Shown here one piece after another: positions 1 through 9,161 of a stretch of DNA of 64,000 nucleotides; the stretch's first letter is position 1; each line of letters begins with the position of its first letter. Below the pieces are notes generated by a model. It was not told the origin of the DNA, did no database searches, and saw only the letters and a program-made list of their open reading frames with translations. The stretch lies in contig JBBSBL010000006.1 of assembly GCA_038251325.1 (NCBI GenBank), forward strand, positions 6,337 through 70,336. Reading direction: 5' to 3'. Origin of the DNA: Solirubrobacterales bacterium. Its GTDB lineage: Bacteria; Actinomycetota; Thermoleophilia; Solirubrobacterales; Solirubrobacteraceae. The translations under genes were made by a program, and so were the position numbers.

Positions 1-1
1 G

Positions 2-676
2 GGCCATCACGCGGAGGCCGCGCGGGCGATGGGCTTCTGCCTGTTCAACAGCGTGGCGGTCGCCGCCCGTCACGCCATCGATCGCCACGGGGTCGAGCGG
101 GTGCTGGTGCTCGACTGGGACGTCCACCACGGCAACGGGACGAACGACATCTTTCACGCCGATCGGCGCGTCCTCTTCGTCTCGATACACCAGTCGCCGC
201 TCTATCCGGGCAGCGGGGCCGCGAGCGACGTGGGCTCGGGCGAGGGACGCGGCCACACGGTCAACCTGCCGGTGCCGCCGGGGACCGGCGACGGCGTCTA
301 CGCCTCGCTGATCGAGCATGTCGTGCTGCCGCTGGGTCGCGCCTACGAGCCGCAGCTCGTCCTCGTCTCGGCCGGGTTCGACGCCCATCGCGACGACCCG
401 CTGGCCGACGGGGAGGTGACCGACGCCGGCTTCGCGGCGATGGCCACGGCGATGGCGCGACTGAGCGCGGAGGTCGGCGCGCCCGTCGGCGCGGTGCTCG
501 AGGGCGGATACGACCTCGGCGCGCTCTCCCGCTCGGTGGTGGCGACGATGCGCGCCCTGGCGGCGCCGCCCGCCGCCCTCGGCCGGGCAACTGACGGCGC
601 GGAGCACCCCCTCGCCGGCCAGGCCCGGGCCCGGCTCGCGCCTTACTGGCCGGCGCTGGGGCTCCTAGATGCCTAG
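2..676 (+). CDS. Histone deacetylase-family enzyme (AcuC / acetylpolyamine amidohydrolase-like), 5' end cut by the window edge
   Basis: The frame is open from nt 2 (GHHAEAARAMGFC..). HDAC-fold motifs are present: LDWDVHHGNGT, SAGFDAH..DPL and LEGGY. Stop TAG at 674-676. Confidence 0.85.
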   Translation, partial: GHHAEAARAMGFCLFNSVAVAARHAIDRHGVERVLVLDWDVHHGNGTNDIFHADRRVLFVSIHQSPLYPGSGAASDVGSGEGRGHTVNLPVPPGTGDGVYASLIEHVVLPLGRAYEPQLVLVSAGFDAHRDDPLADGEVTDAGFAAMATAMARLSAEVGAPVGAVLEGGYDLGALSRSVVATMRALAAPPAALGRATDGAEHPLAGQARARLAPYWPALGLLDA

Positions 677-1626
677 CCCGCGGGAAAGGAGGGGGCCGGG
701 CCGGACGCGACCTCCCGCCAGGCGTCGAGCACGCGCTTCGCCATCGCGTCCGAGGACCAGGCCGCGGCGCGCTCGCGCCCCGCGACCCGGGGGTCGGCGG
801 CGGCGAGGTGCGGGGCGAGCGTGGCGCGCCACGTCGCGAGGTCGAACGGCGCGCACAGGCAGCCGGCGATCCCCGCCAGCGCCTCGGCGTGCACGCCGAC
901 CGGCGTGGCCAGCACGGGGACGTCGCAGGCCAGCGCCTCCAGCACGGCCAGGCCGAAGCCCTCGCGATCCGAGGGCACGACGACGGCGTCGGCGGCGTTG
1001 ACGTAGAGCGGCACCCGCTCCGGCGGCACCCCGCCGAGCGTCAGGAGCCGCGTCGAGCCGGCCAGCGCGCGGGCCCGGTCCGCGCGCTTCTCCCGCCGGG
1101 CCGGATCGGCGGGGAAGAGGAGCATCCGCTCATCCGGAGGAAGGCCGAGGGCGGCCCGGGCCGCGGCCCGGGGACTCGGCGCGAACCGGTCGAGCGCCAC
1201 GCCGCACGGGAGCACGGCGACCGGTCGCCGGGCGCGCCCCGGCGGGATCGTGGCGGCGAGCTCCGGCGACACCGCCGCCGCGAGCGCGACGCGGGGCAGC
1301 GCCGCGAGCGAGATGCGCCGCGATCGGGGGTGGGCGAGGTCGGTGCCGTGGAAGGTGATCACCACCGGGCCGGCGCCCGCCGCGAGGGCGGGCCACGCGG
1401 AGAGCCCGAAGTGCGCGTGCACGACGTCGAACGCCGCGCGGCGATGGCGGCGGCGCAATGCCCGTGCGGCCCGCAGGTACCCGAGCGCCCCGCCGGGCGC
1501 GAAGGCGAACACCTCGACCTCCACCCCCGGCCGGCGGCGGAGCGCCTCGACCTGGTCGCGGACGAAGACGCCGAGCGCGGGCGCCGCCGGCGACGGGTAC
1601 ATGTTCGTGACGACGAGCGCCCGCAC
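673..1626 (-). CDS. Glycosyltransferase, GT-B fold (family 4/1-like)
   Basis: 317-aa ORF. The N-terminus MRALVVTNMYPSP..GVFV and the C-terminal PSDREGFGLAVLEALACDVPVLATPVG (EX7E-type motif) are typical of GT4 enzymes. Confidence 0.8.
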   Translation of the reverse strand: MRALVVTNMYPSPAAPALGVFVRDQVEALRRRPGVEVEVFAFAPGGALGYLRAARALRRRHRRAAFDVVHAHFGLSAWPALAAGAGPVVITFHGTDLAHPRSRRISLAALPRVALAAAVSPELAATIPPGRARRPVAVLPCGVALDRFAPSPRAAARAALGLPPDERMLLFPADPARREKRADRARALAGSTRLLTLGGVPPERVPLYVNAADAVVVPSDREGFGLAVLEALACDVPVLATPVGVHAEALAGIAGCLCAPFDLATWRATLAPHLAAADPRVAGRERAAAWSSDAMAKRVLDAWREVASGPAPSFPAG

Positions 1627-1816
1627 GGCGAGGCACCCTAGCCCGGCGCGGTGCCGCGCTCAGGCCGCGCGAGGCGCAGCGCGGGCACGGGCGTGACGAT
1701 GCCGGCGTCCTTTCGGCACGAGCGCGTCTGGAGCCGGCACGCGGGGTCCGGCACGGTGACTCCGGGTCGCGCGGCGCTCGCCGCGGGCCGCCCACCACGA
1801 ACCGGAGGAGACAACG

Positions 1817-2035
1817 ATGGGCTATCGCATCATGGGCCGCCTGCACGCCGTGGCGCACCGGGCCTGGACCGCCGAGCGCGGGCAGGGCACGGTGGAGTAC
1901 GTCGCGCTGATCCTGCTCGTCGCCGCCGTGCTGGCCGGCGTCGTGGCCGCGACCAAGGGCCGGCGCTTCGGGGCGACCGGGATCGCCGAGACCATCGTCA
2001 AGCAGCTGCGCAGCGCGCTCGAGTCGGTGAAGTGA
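1817..2035 (+). CDS. Flp/Fap-type (type IVb, Tad) pilin-like small protein
   Basis: 72-aa ORF with a strong SD (GGAGGAG, 6 nt before the ATG). It has a charged leader, then ERG/QGTVEYVALILLVAAVLAGVVAA. This fits the G/XXXXEY prepilin processing motif followed by a hydrophobic helix. Confidence 0.45.
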   Translation: MGYRIMGRLHAVAHRAWTAERGQGTVEYVALILLVAAVLAGVVAATKGRRFGATGIAETIVKQLRSALESVK

Positions 2036-2043
2036 GCGGCGGC

Positions 2044-2736
2044 TCAGCCGGCCGCGGCGAGGGCCGATTCCATCGCGGGCACGGGGTCCTCGAGCACCCG
2101 CCCGTGGCCGACCGCCAGGCGCGCCGGCGTCAGGGCGAGGAGGGCCGCGCCGCTGCGGCGCGCCGTCGGCTTGTCCCACGTCGCCAGGGCGGGCAGCGGG
2201 AACAGCGGGCGCAGCACCCCGGCGACGGCGATCCCCCCGAGCGTCTGGAACGCGTCGCCGGCGATCAGCGTCCGGTCGCGGGTGTCGAGGAACGCGAGGT
2301 GTCCCGGGGTGTGGCCCGGGGCGGCCACGGTCTCGAGCGAGCCGACGCGATCGCCCGGCTCGAGCGGGCGCGTCGGCGGCGAGGCCTTCACGAAGCCGCC
2401 GCGCAGCTTGGATGGCGCCTCGTCCGGGTCGAGGGCACGGTCGCCCGCGAGCAGACGGGCCTCGCGCGTGCCGACGCCGACCTCCACGTCGCCGAGCTCG
2501 GCGCGCAACGCGTCGAGCGAACCCGCATGGTCGCCGTGGGAGTGGGTCAGGAGGATCCGGCGGATGGCGCCGCCGCCCTCGGCCGCGGTGGCGGCGAGGA
2601 TCCCCTTCGTGGTCCCGGTGACGCCGGTGTCGATCAACGTGAGCCCGTCGTCCTCGCGGACGAGGTAGCAGTTGATCGCGCCCCACCTCGTCAGCTGCAC
2701 GAGATGGTCGCCGTGGCGGGTGACGCGGAGCCCCAT
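2044..2736 (-). CDS. MBL-fold metallo-hydrolase
   Basis: 230-aa ORF with the metallo-beta-lactamase HxHxDH motif (LLTHSHGDHAGS) and a later APGHTPGH. Confidence 0.85.
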   Translation of the reverse strand: MGLRVTRHGDHLVQLTRWGAINCYLVREDDGLTLIDTGVTGTTKGILAATAAEGGGAIRRILLTHSHGDHAGSLDALRAELGDVEVGVGTREARLLAGDRALDPDEAPSKLRGGFVKASPPTRPLEPGDRVGSLETVAAPGHTPGHLAFLDTRDRTLIAGDAFQTLGGIAVAGVLRPLFPLPALATWDKPTARRSGAALLALTPARLAVGHGRVLEDPVPAMESALAAAG

Positions 2737-2804
2737 CGCGGCGCAGGCTAGACGATGATCTCGCGGGAGCGATCCCCGGCCGTCTCCTCTGCGACCATGG
2801 CGCG

Positions 2805-3656
2805 GTGTCCGACCCCTTCCAGGACCAGCGCGGCCTGCCGATCGCCGTCTTCGACTCCGGCGTCGGAGGCCTCACCGTGCTGCACGAGCTGCTCGTGCGC
2901 CTGCCGCACGAGGACTTCCTTTACCTCGGCGACACCGCGCGGTTCCCGTACGGCGATCGCTCGCCGCGGGAGCTCCGTGGCTTCGCGACCGAGATCGCCG
3001 ACCTCCTGCTCGAACGCGGGGCGAAGCTGCTCGTCGTGGCCTGCAACTCGGCGACCTCCGCCGGTCTGGACGCGGTGCGTGAGCACGTCGCGGCCCGCGG
3101 CCGGGTCCTCGACGTCATCGGCGTCATCGGCCCCGAGTCGGTGCTGGCCGCCGCCGCGACCCGCTCCGGGCGGATCGGGCTCCTGGCCACGCCGACGACC
3201 GTCACCTCGGGCGCCTACGAGCGTGCCGTCGGCGCCGCCGACCCCCACACGCTGTTGACCAGCGTCGCGTGTCCAGACCTCGCGCCGATCATCCAGAGCG
3301 GGTTCCCGTTCGACGAGCACGTCGTCGAGGTCGTGCGCAAGTCGTGCCGCCCGCTGCGGGCGGCCGAGGTCGACACCGTCATCCTCGGCTGCACCCACTA
3401 CCCGCTCGTGCGCCCGATGCTCCAACGCGCGCTGGGCCCGGAGGTCGCGCTGATCACCTCCGGGGCCGCGGTGGCGCGCCGGGTGGAGCACGCGCTCGCC
3501 GTGCGCGGGCTCGGCGCGCAACGGGACGACGAGGGCGACTACCGCTTCCTGTGCACCGGTGAGCCCGCCACGTTCCGCGAGCTCGGGACCCGCTTCCTGC
3601 AGATGCCGCTCGGCCCGGTGACCAAGGTCGAGACGCCGACCGGGGTGGCGGCGTGA
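2805..3656 (+). CDS. murI: Glutamate racemase
   Basis: Motifs [22 protein letters not shown] and LGCTHYPL, which carry the two catalytic Cys regions of MurI. Confidence 0.9.
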   Translation: MSDPFQDQRGLPIAVFDSGVGGLTVLHELLVRLPHEDFLYLGDTARFPYGDRSPRELRGFATEIADLLLERGAKLLVVACNSATSAGLDAVREHVAARGRVLDVIGVIGPESVLAAAATRSGRIGLLATPTTVTSGAYERAVGAADPHTLLTSVACPDLAPIIQSGFPFDEHVVEVVRKSCRPLRAAEVDTVILGCTHYPLVRPMLQRALGPEVALITSGAAVARRVEHALAVRGLGAQRDDEGDYRFLCTGEPATFRELGTRFLQMPLGPVTKVETPTGVAA

Positions 3657-4351
3657 GCCCGGAACGGGACGCCGCAACGAGCCCCGAGCGCAGCCATGGT
3701 CGGGCGCCGGACGGCCTGCGGCCGGTGACCATCGAGCCCGGGTTCGTGCGCTCGGCGACCGGGTCGGCGCTCATCGCCGCGGGCGGCACCCGCGTCATCT
3801 GCACGGCCTCCGTGGAGGAGAGCGTCCCGAAGTGGATGGCGGGGAAGGGCCACGGCTGGCTCACCGCCGAATACGGGATGCTGCCGGCGTCCACGGGCCG
3901 GCGAAAGGCGCGCGACGCGGCGCGCGGCCGTCTCGATGGGCGCACCGTGGAGATCCAGCGGCTGATCGGCCGCTCGCTGCGCGGCGTCGTCGACTTCGAG
4001 GCGCTCGGGGAGCGCACGGTGTGGGTCGACTGCGATGTGCTCGAGGCCGACGGCGGCACCCGCTGCGCGGCCATCACCGGCGGCTACGTCGCGCTGGAGC
4101 TGGCCTGCGCAGCGCTCGTGGCCGACGGGCGACTTCCCCGCTCGCCGCTCACCGGGACGATCGCCGCGGTCTCGTGCGGGATCGTCGCGGGCGCGCCGCT
4201 GCTCGACCTCGACTACGCCGAGGACTCCACCGCCGAGGTCGACGCGAACGTCGTCATGACCGGGGAGGGCGGGCTCGTCGAGGTGCAGGCCACCGCCGAG
4301 CGCACGCCCCTCTCCCGCGCGCACCTCGACGACCTCCTGGCGCTGGCCTAG
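3653..4351 (+). CDS. rph: Ribonuclease PH
   Basis: [44 protein letters not shown] is typical RNase PH. The start overlaps the murI stop. Confidence 0.9.
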   Translation: MSPERDAATSPERSHGRAPDGLRPVTIEPGFVRSATGSALIAAGGTRVICTASVEESVPKWMAGKGHGWLTAEYGMLPASTGRRKARDAARGRLDGRTVEIQRLIGRSLRGVVDFEALGERTVWVDCDVLEADGGTRCAAITGGYVALELACAALVADGRLPRSPLTGTIAAVSCGIVAGAPLLDLDYAEDSTAEVDANVVMTGEGGLVEVQATAERTPLSRAHLDDLLALA

Positions 4352-4414
4352 CAGGGGATCGCGACCCTGCGCGAAGTCCAGCGCGAGGCCGCCGCCGCCG
4401 GCTGAGCCGCCATC

Positions 4415-4999
4415 GTGGCGTCGCTCCTGCTGGCCACCCGCAACGCCCACAAGGTGCGGGAGTACGCGCGCCTGCTGGCGCCGTACGGGGTGGATCCGCT
4501 GCCCGAGGCCGTCGTGCTCCCGCCGGAGACCGGCACGACGTACGCCGAGAACGCGATGGCGAAGGCGCGCGCGGCGGCCGCCGGGACGGGCCGACCGGCG
4601 CTCGCCGACGACTCGGGGATCGAGGCGGCGGCGCTTGGCGGGGCGCCCGGGGTCCGGTCGGCGCGTTTCGCGGGTTCCGCGGCCACCGACGCCGAGAACC
4701 TCGCGCGCCTGCGGCGCGACGCGCCACCCGGCAGCGCGCTGCGCTACGTCTGCGTCGTGGCGTGGGCGGATCCGGCGGTCGGCGAGGAACGGACGTTCGC
4801 TGGCACGTGCGAGGGCCGGCTCGCGGCAGAGGCGAGGGGCCTCCGCGGCTTCGGCTACGACCCCGCGTTCCTGCCCGCCGAGGATCCCGACGACCGGACG
4901 ATGGCCGAGCTCTCCGACCCCGAGAAGGACGCGATCAGCCATCGGGGTCGCGCCGCTCGTGCGCTGCTCGGGTGGCTGGGCGACGGGGCACGATCGTGA
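4415..4999 (+). CDS. rdgB: dITP/XTP pyrophosphatase (RdgB/HAM1 family)
   Basis: LLLATRNAHKVREY.., DDSGIEAAALGGAPGVRSARF, GFGYDPAF and SHRG motifs. Confidence 0.85.
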   Translation: MASLLLATRNAHKVREYARLLAPYGVDPLPEAVVLPPETGTTYAENAMAKARAAAAGTGRPALADDSGIEAAALGGAPGVRSARFAGSAATDAENLARLRRDAPPGSALRYVCVVAWADPAVGEERTFAGTCEGRLAAEARGLRGFGYDPAFLPAEDPDDRTMAELSDPEKDAISHRGRAARALLGWLGDGARS

Positions 5000-5949
5000 C
5001 GCCGGCGCCAGCCGTCGTGGATGCCGAGGCCGCGCGCGCCAAGCGACGCGCCGCCGCGCTGTCGATCGGCTCCAACACCACGCTGATCGTGCTCAAGGTC
5101 GTGGCCGGCAGCATCACCGGCTCGGTGGCGATCCTCACCGACGCGATGCACTCGGGCATCGACCTCATCGCGTCCTTCGTCGCCTTCTTCTCGATCCGCA
5201 AGGCCGGCGAGCCGGCCGATGAGACCCACCGCTACGGGCACGAGAAGGTGGAGAACCTCGCCGCCGCGATCGAGGGGCTGCTGATCCTCGTCGGCTCGGC
5301 CGTGATCGTCTACGCGGCGGTGCGCCGGCTCGCCTCGGGCACCGAGATCAGGGAGGTGCCGGTCGGCATCGCGATCATCTCCTTCTCGATCGTCGTCAAC
5401 CTGCTCGTCACGCGGCACATCTCGCGCGTGGCCTCGCGCACCGACTCCCCGGCGCTCGAGGGCGATGCGGCCCACCTGCGCACCGACGCGCTGACCTCCG
5501 GCGGCGTGCTGGCGGGCCTGGTGCTCGTCGCACTCACCGGGTGGACGTGGGTCGATCCGGTCGTCGCGCTCGCGGTCGCCGGGGTCATCGTCGTCACCGG
5601 CGTGCGGATCCTCGGTCGCTCCTCGCGCGTGCTCGTCGACGAGGCGCTGCCCGAGGACGAGATGGCGGCGATCCGCGAGGCCCTGCTCGGGTTCGGGTCG
5701 CGCGGGGTCGTCGGATACCACGAGCTGCGCACGCGCCGCGCCGGATCGCGTCGTCACGTCGACCTCCACGTGCAGTTCCGCCGCGGCACGACACTGGAGG
5801 CGGCCCATCAGGTCGCGCACGAGCTCCAGGACGCGATCCGTGCCCGGCTGCGGGAGGCCGACGTGCTCATCCACCTCGAGCCGGAGGACCGCGTCCGTCC
5901 CGGGTCCGAGCTGCCGGCGCCGCGTCCCTCGCCGCTCAACGGAGGTTGA
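4996..5949 (+). CDS. Cation diffusion facilitator (CDF) family metal efflux transporter
   Basis: C-terminal 318 codons of the 3832..5949 ORF. GTG at 4996 overlaps the rdgB TGA (GTGA). Motifs SNTTLIVLKVVAGSITGSVAILTDAMHSGIDL and HRYGHEKVE, plus a C-terminal cytoplasmic domain. The upstream part of that ORF is Arg/Gly-rich shadow sequence over rph and rdgB. Confidence 0.85.
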   Translation: MTPAPAVVDAEAARAKRRAAALSIGSNTTLIVLKVVAGSITGSVAILTDAMHSGIDLIASFVAFFSIRKAGEPADETHRYGHEKVENLAAAIEGLLILVGSAVIVYAAVRRLASGTEIREVPVGIAIISFSIVVNLLVTRHISRVASRTDSPALEGDAAHLRTDALTSGGVLAGLVLVALTGWTWVDPVVALAVAGVIVVTGVRILGRSSRVLVDEALPEDEMAAIREALLGFGSRGVVGYHELRTRRAGSRRHVDLHVQFRRGTTLEAAHQVAHELQDAIRARLREADVLIHLEPEDRVRPGSELPAPRPSPLNGG

Positions 5950-6281
5950 TCGCCGCCGAGAGGCCGACCGCGACCGCGACGAGGCCGTAGCCCACGTAGC
6001 CGCTGAGGAAGAGCAGGATGGCGGTCACCGCGCAGGCGGCGACGGTCACGAGCCAGGCCAGGCGGGTGAGCGGCATCCGCGCATTGTCGCCGGGGCCCTG
6101 GACGGCGTCGCGAGGACGTGGCGCAGCCGCGAAAGGCGCACAATGCGGGTTTTTGGTGCCCGCGGGCGCCCCGCGCCGCAGCCGAAGGGGGTAGAACGGC
6201 GTGCCCACGGGGAAGCGCCGTCCTTCCCGTCCGCCGGCGCTGTTAGCTTCGCGCCCTTCCACCACCTCCAAGGAGGAGACT

Positions 6282-6557
6282 GTGACGAAGTCCGAGTTCG
6301 TCGACGTCGTCGCCGACAAGGCCGACCTGAGCAAGAAGGAGGCCAACGCTGCCGTCGAGGCCGTCCTCGGCACGATCGAGGACACGCTGAAGCGGGGAGG
6401 CGAAGTCGTCTTCTCCGGGTTCGGCAAGTTCCACGTGGCCCAGCGGAGCGCCCGCGAGGGTCGCAACCCGGCCACCGGCGCCACGATCCAGATCGCCGCC
6501 TCGAAGGTCCCGCGCTTCAGCGCGGGGGCGGGGCTCAAGAAGGCCGTCAAGAGCTAG
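6282..6557 (+). CDS. hup: Nucleoid-associated DNA-binding protein HU
   Basis: AAGGAGGAG SD followed by GTG at 6282. VTKSEFVDVVADKADLSKKEANAAVEAVL..FGKFHVAQRSAREGRNPATG..I.I is classic HU. Confidence 0.9.
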   Translation: MTKSEFVDVVADKADLSKKEANAAVEAVLGTIEDTLKRGGEVVFSGFGKFHVAQRSAREGRNPATGATIQIAASKVPRFSAGAGLKKAVKS

Positions 6558-6578
6558 CGCCTCGTTCAACGGCGCCTG

Positions 6579-7562
6579 ATGGAGGCCCCGGGCCCCACCT
6601 CGGGGACCGGGGCTCCACCCGGCCGCCCGCTCGCCTTCGGCGACCGCCTCGCGACGGCCGTCGACGCGCGCTGCTCGCAGCTCGTCCTCGGGCTCGACCC
6701 CGACCCGATGCGGCTGTGGCCGTCGGCACTCGAGCCGCAGCACGGGGTCGGCTCCGAGCCGGCTGCGCCGGACGCCGTGCCCGCGGAGCGTGCGGCCCGC
6801 GCTGTCGTCCGTCATTCCGCGCTCGTCATCGACGCCGTGGGGACCGCATGCGTCGCGGTCAAGCTCCAACTCGCCTGCTTCGAGCGGCTCGGGGCGGCCG
6901 GTTGGGCGGCGCTGGCCGAGGTCGCCGCCCACGCGCGCGACGCCGGGCTCCTCGTGCTCGCCGACGGCAAGCGCGGCGACATCGGCGTCTCCGCAGCGGC
7001 CTACGCGCAGGCGCTGCTCGCCTCCACCCCGACGCCCTACGGCGAGGTCGCCGGGCTCGGCGCCGACGCGGTGACCGCGAACCCGCTGCTCGGCGCTGAG
7101 ACGCTGGTGCCGCTGATCGACGCGGCGCGCAGCCGCGGCGCCGGGATCTTCGTCCTCGTGCGGACCTCGAACCCGGGGGCGGCGGACGTCCAGGCGCAGG
7201 CCCTGGCGGCGGGGGGCGACGTGAGCGACCGCCTCGCGGACATGGTCGCGACGCTCGGCGCGGACGGCACCGGGGGCTCCGGGCTCTCCGACGTCGGCGC
7301 GGTCGTCGGCGCGACGGCGCCCGGGCGGCTGGCCGCGCTGCGCGCCCGGATGCCCGCCGCGGTGCTGCTCCTGCCCGGGGTCGGCGCCCAGGGCGGCCGG
7401 GTCGAGGATCTCGCCCCGGCCTTCGCGCCGGGCCGGGCGGGCGGCCTCGTCGCGGTCTCGCGGGGCCTCGTCGGGGCGCACGAGCGACTCGGCGGCACGC
7501 CCGCCGACGCCGCGCGCGCCGAGGCCGAGCGCCTGCGCGCGCTCGCCTGGAGCCTGGTCTGA
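6579..7562 (+). CDS. pyrF: Orotidine 5'-phosphate decarboxylase, type 2
   Basis: LVLGLDPDP, VKLQLACFERLG and LADGKRGDIGVSAAAYA motifs of long actinobacterial-type PyrF. Confidence 0.85.
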   Translation: MEAPGPTSGTGAPPGRPLAFGDRLATAVDARCSQLVLGLDPDPMRLWPSALEPQHGVGSEPAAPDAVPAERAARAVVRHSALVIDAVGTACVAVKLQLACFERLGAAGWAALAEVAAHARDAGLLVLADGKRGDIGVSAAAYAQALLASTPTPYGEVAGLGADAVTANPLLGAETLVPLIDAARSRGAGIFVLVRTSNPGAADVQAQALAAGGDVSDRLADMVATLGADGTGGSGLSDVGAVVGATAPGRLAALRARMPAAVLLLPGVGAQGGRVEDLAPAFAPGRAGGLVAVSRGLVGAHERLGGTPADAARAEAERLRALAWSLV

Positions 7563-7581
7563 CCGGCCCGGGGGCGCGGCT

Positions 7582-7911
7582 ATGATCGCCCGCGCCATGG
7601 CGCCCCGCCGCAGCCCCGCGCGCTTCCTGGCCCCGCTCGCGCTGCTGGCGGCGCTCGGGGCCGTCGTCCTCGTCGTCGCGGCCGGCGGCTCCGACCGCCA
7701 CGGAGGCTCGTCCGCGACGACGCCCGCAGCGAAGACCGGCCAGCGGGCCCGCCGGCGGGCGCAGCCGCGCTTCTACGTCGTGCGCCCGGGCGACATCCTC
7801 TCGGTCATCGCCGAGCGGACCGGCGTCACCGTGGCGCGGATCGAGGAGCTGAACCCGAACGTCGATCCGCAGGCCCTCGGCACCGGGCAGCGGTTGCGGC
7901 TGCGGCCGTGA
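7582..7911 (+). CDS. Secreted or membrane-anchored LysM domain protein
   Basis: N-terminal hydrophobic segment (FLAPLALLAALGAVVLVVA) and a C-terminal LysM repeat (YVVRPGDILSVIAERTGVTVARIEELNP). An alternative start lies at 7597. Confidence 0.75.
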   Translation: MIARAMAPRRSPARFLAPLALLAALGAVVLVVAAGGSDRHGGSSATTPAAKTGQRARRRAQPRFYVVRPGDILSVIAERTGVTVARIEELNPNVDPQALGTGQRLRLRP

Positions 7912-9161
7912 GCCGCACCGGCGGGCGGTTCCTGGCCGGGCCGCTCCTCGCGGGGGTCTGCCTGGCGGCGGCGCCCCCGTCCGGCGCGGCTCCGGCGCCT
8001 CCGCTCAGCGCCCGCGCCGCGATCCTCGTGGAGTCCTCAACCGGGACGGCGGTGTATCGCCGGGCGGCGGACGAGCGTCGGTCGATCGCCTCCACCACGA
8101 AGCTCATGACCGCGCTCATCGTGCGCCGGCGCGCCTCGTTGGGAACCCGGTTCGCGGCCGTGGCCTACGGCGGGGGGGCCGTCGAGTCGCGGCTCGGCCT
8201 GCGCCCCGGCGAGCGGATGAGCGTCGCCGACCTCCTCACGGCGACGCTGCTGCCGAGCGCCAACGACGCGGCCCGGACGCTCGCCGTCCGGGTTGGCGGG
8301 TCCGTTCCGCGCTTCGTCGCGCTGATGAACGCCGAGGCGCGCCGTCTCGGCCTCCGGCACACCCACTTCGCCACCCCGGTCGGCCTGGAGACGCCGGGCA
8401 ACTACTCGAGCGCCCGCGATCTGACCCGGTTGGCGGCGGTGTTCCGCCGGGACGGATTCCTGCGCCGGACGGTCGATCGCCCGCGCGCCCTCCTGCGCAC
8501 CGGCGACCGGCGGCGGGTCGTGGTCAACCGCAACACGCTCGTCGCAGCGGTGCCCTGGGTCAACGGGGTCAAGACGGGCCACACGGGCCGCGCGGGGTAC
8601 GTGCTCGTCGGCTCGGCCACGCGCGACGGCGAGACGCTGCTCTCGGCCGTGCTCGGCACGCCGAGCGAGTCGGCCCGCGACGCCGACACGCTCGCGCTGC
8701 TGCGCTGGGGCTTCAGGAGCTTCCGCGTCGAGGTCCTGGGCCGTCGTGGCACCGTCGTCGCCCGACCCAAGGTGCGCTTCGACGACGCCCGGGTCCGGGT
8801 GGTCGCCGCCCGGACCGTCCGCGCCGTCGTGCCGCGCGGCGTGCGGGTGAGCCGTTCCGTGACGGTGCCCGCGGAGCTCGAGGGCCCGATCCCCGCCGGG
8901 CGGCGCGTCGGCACGGTCGTCGTGCGGGCCCGCGGCCGTCCGGAGGTCCGGATCCCGGCGGTCACGGCGCAGCCCGTGCCGGAGGTCACGCTGCTCGAGC
9001 GGGCCGGCCGGTGGCTGCTGTGGCCCGGTAGCCTCATCCTCGTCCTCGCGGGGCTGGCCGCCGTCGCCCTCGCGCTCCGCCGCAGTCGGCGACGACGGCG
9101 CCGGGACGAGGACCGGGCGCGCCGGCGGGCGGCGCCCGGAGCGGACGCCGAGATCGCATGA
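7908..9161 (+). CDS. D-alanyl-D-alanine carboxypeptidase (serine peptidase S11, low-MW PBP)
   Basis: Signal-like N-terminus. SxxK (SIASTTKLMT), SxN (LPSANDAA) and KTG (VKTGHT) boxes. C-terminal TM helix followed by an Arg-rich tail. The start overlaps the stop of the LysM gene. Confidence 0.85.
   Translation: MSRTGGRFLAGPLLAGVCLAAAPPSGAAPAPPLSARAAILVESSTGTAVYRRAADERRSIASTTKLMTALIVRRRASLGTRFAAVAYGGGAVESRLGLRPGERMSVADLLTATLLPSANDAARTLAVRVGGSVPRFVALMNAEARRLGLRHTHFATPVGLETPGNYSSARDLTRLAAVFRRDGFLRRTVDRPRALLRTGDRRRVVVNRNTLVAAVPWVNGVKTGHTGRAGYVLVGSATRDGETLLSAVLGTPSESARDADTLALLRWGFRSFRVEVLGRRGTVVARPKVRFDDARVRVVAARTVRAVVPRGVRVSRSVTVPAELEGPIPAGRRVGTVVVRARGRPEVRIPAVTAQPVPEVTLLERAGRWLLWPGSLILVLAGLAAVALALRRSRRRRRRDEDRARRRAAPGADAEIA

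Noticed and set aside
3832-4995. N-terminal 388 codons of the 705-aa ORF 3832..5949.
   Set aside because: This part overlaps rph and rdgB in another frame and is Arg/Gly-rich. Only the part from GTG at 4996 shows CDF-transporter sequence.
5936-6076. 46-aa hydrophobic ORF (MPLTRLAWLVTVAACAVTAILLFLSGYVGYGLVAVAVGLSAAINLR) on the minus strand between the CDF gene and hup.
   Set aside because: It overlaps the 3' end of the CDF gene, has no SD and has no recognisable relatives. Hydrophobic ORFs arise easily in GC-rich DNA. It is kept only as a note.
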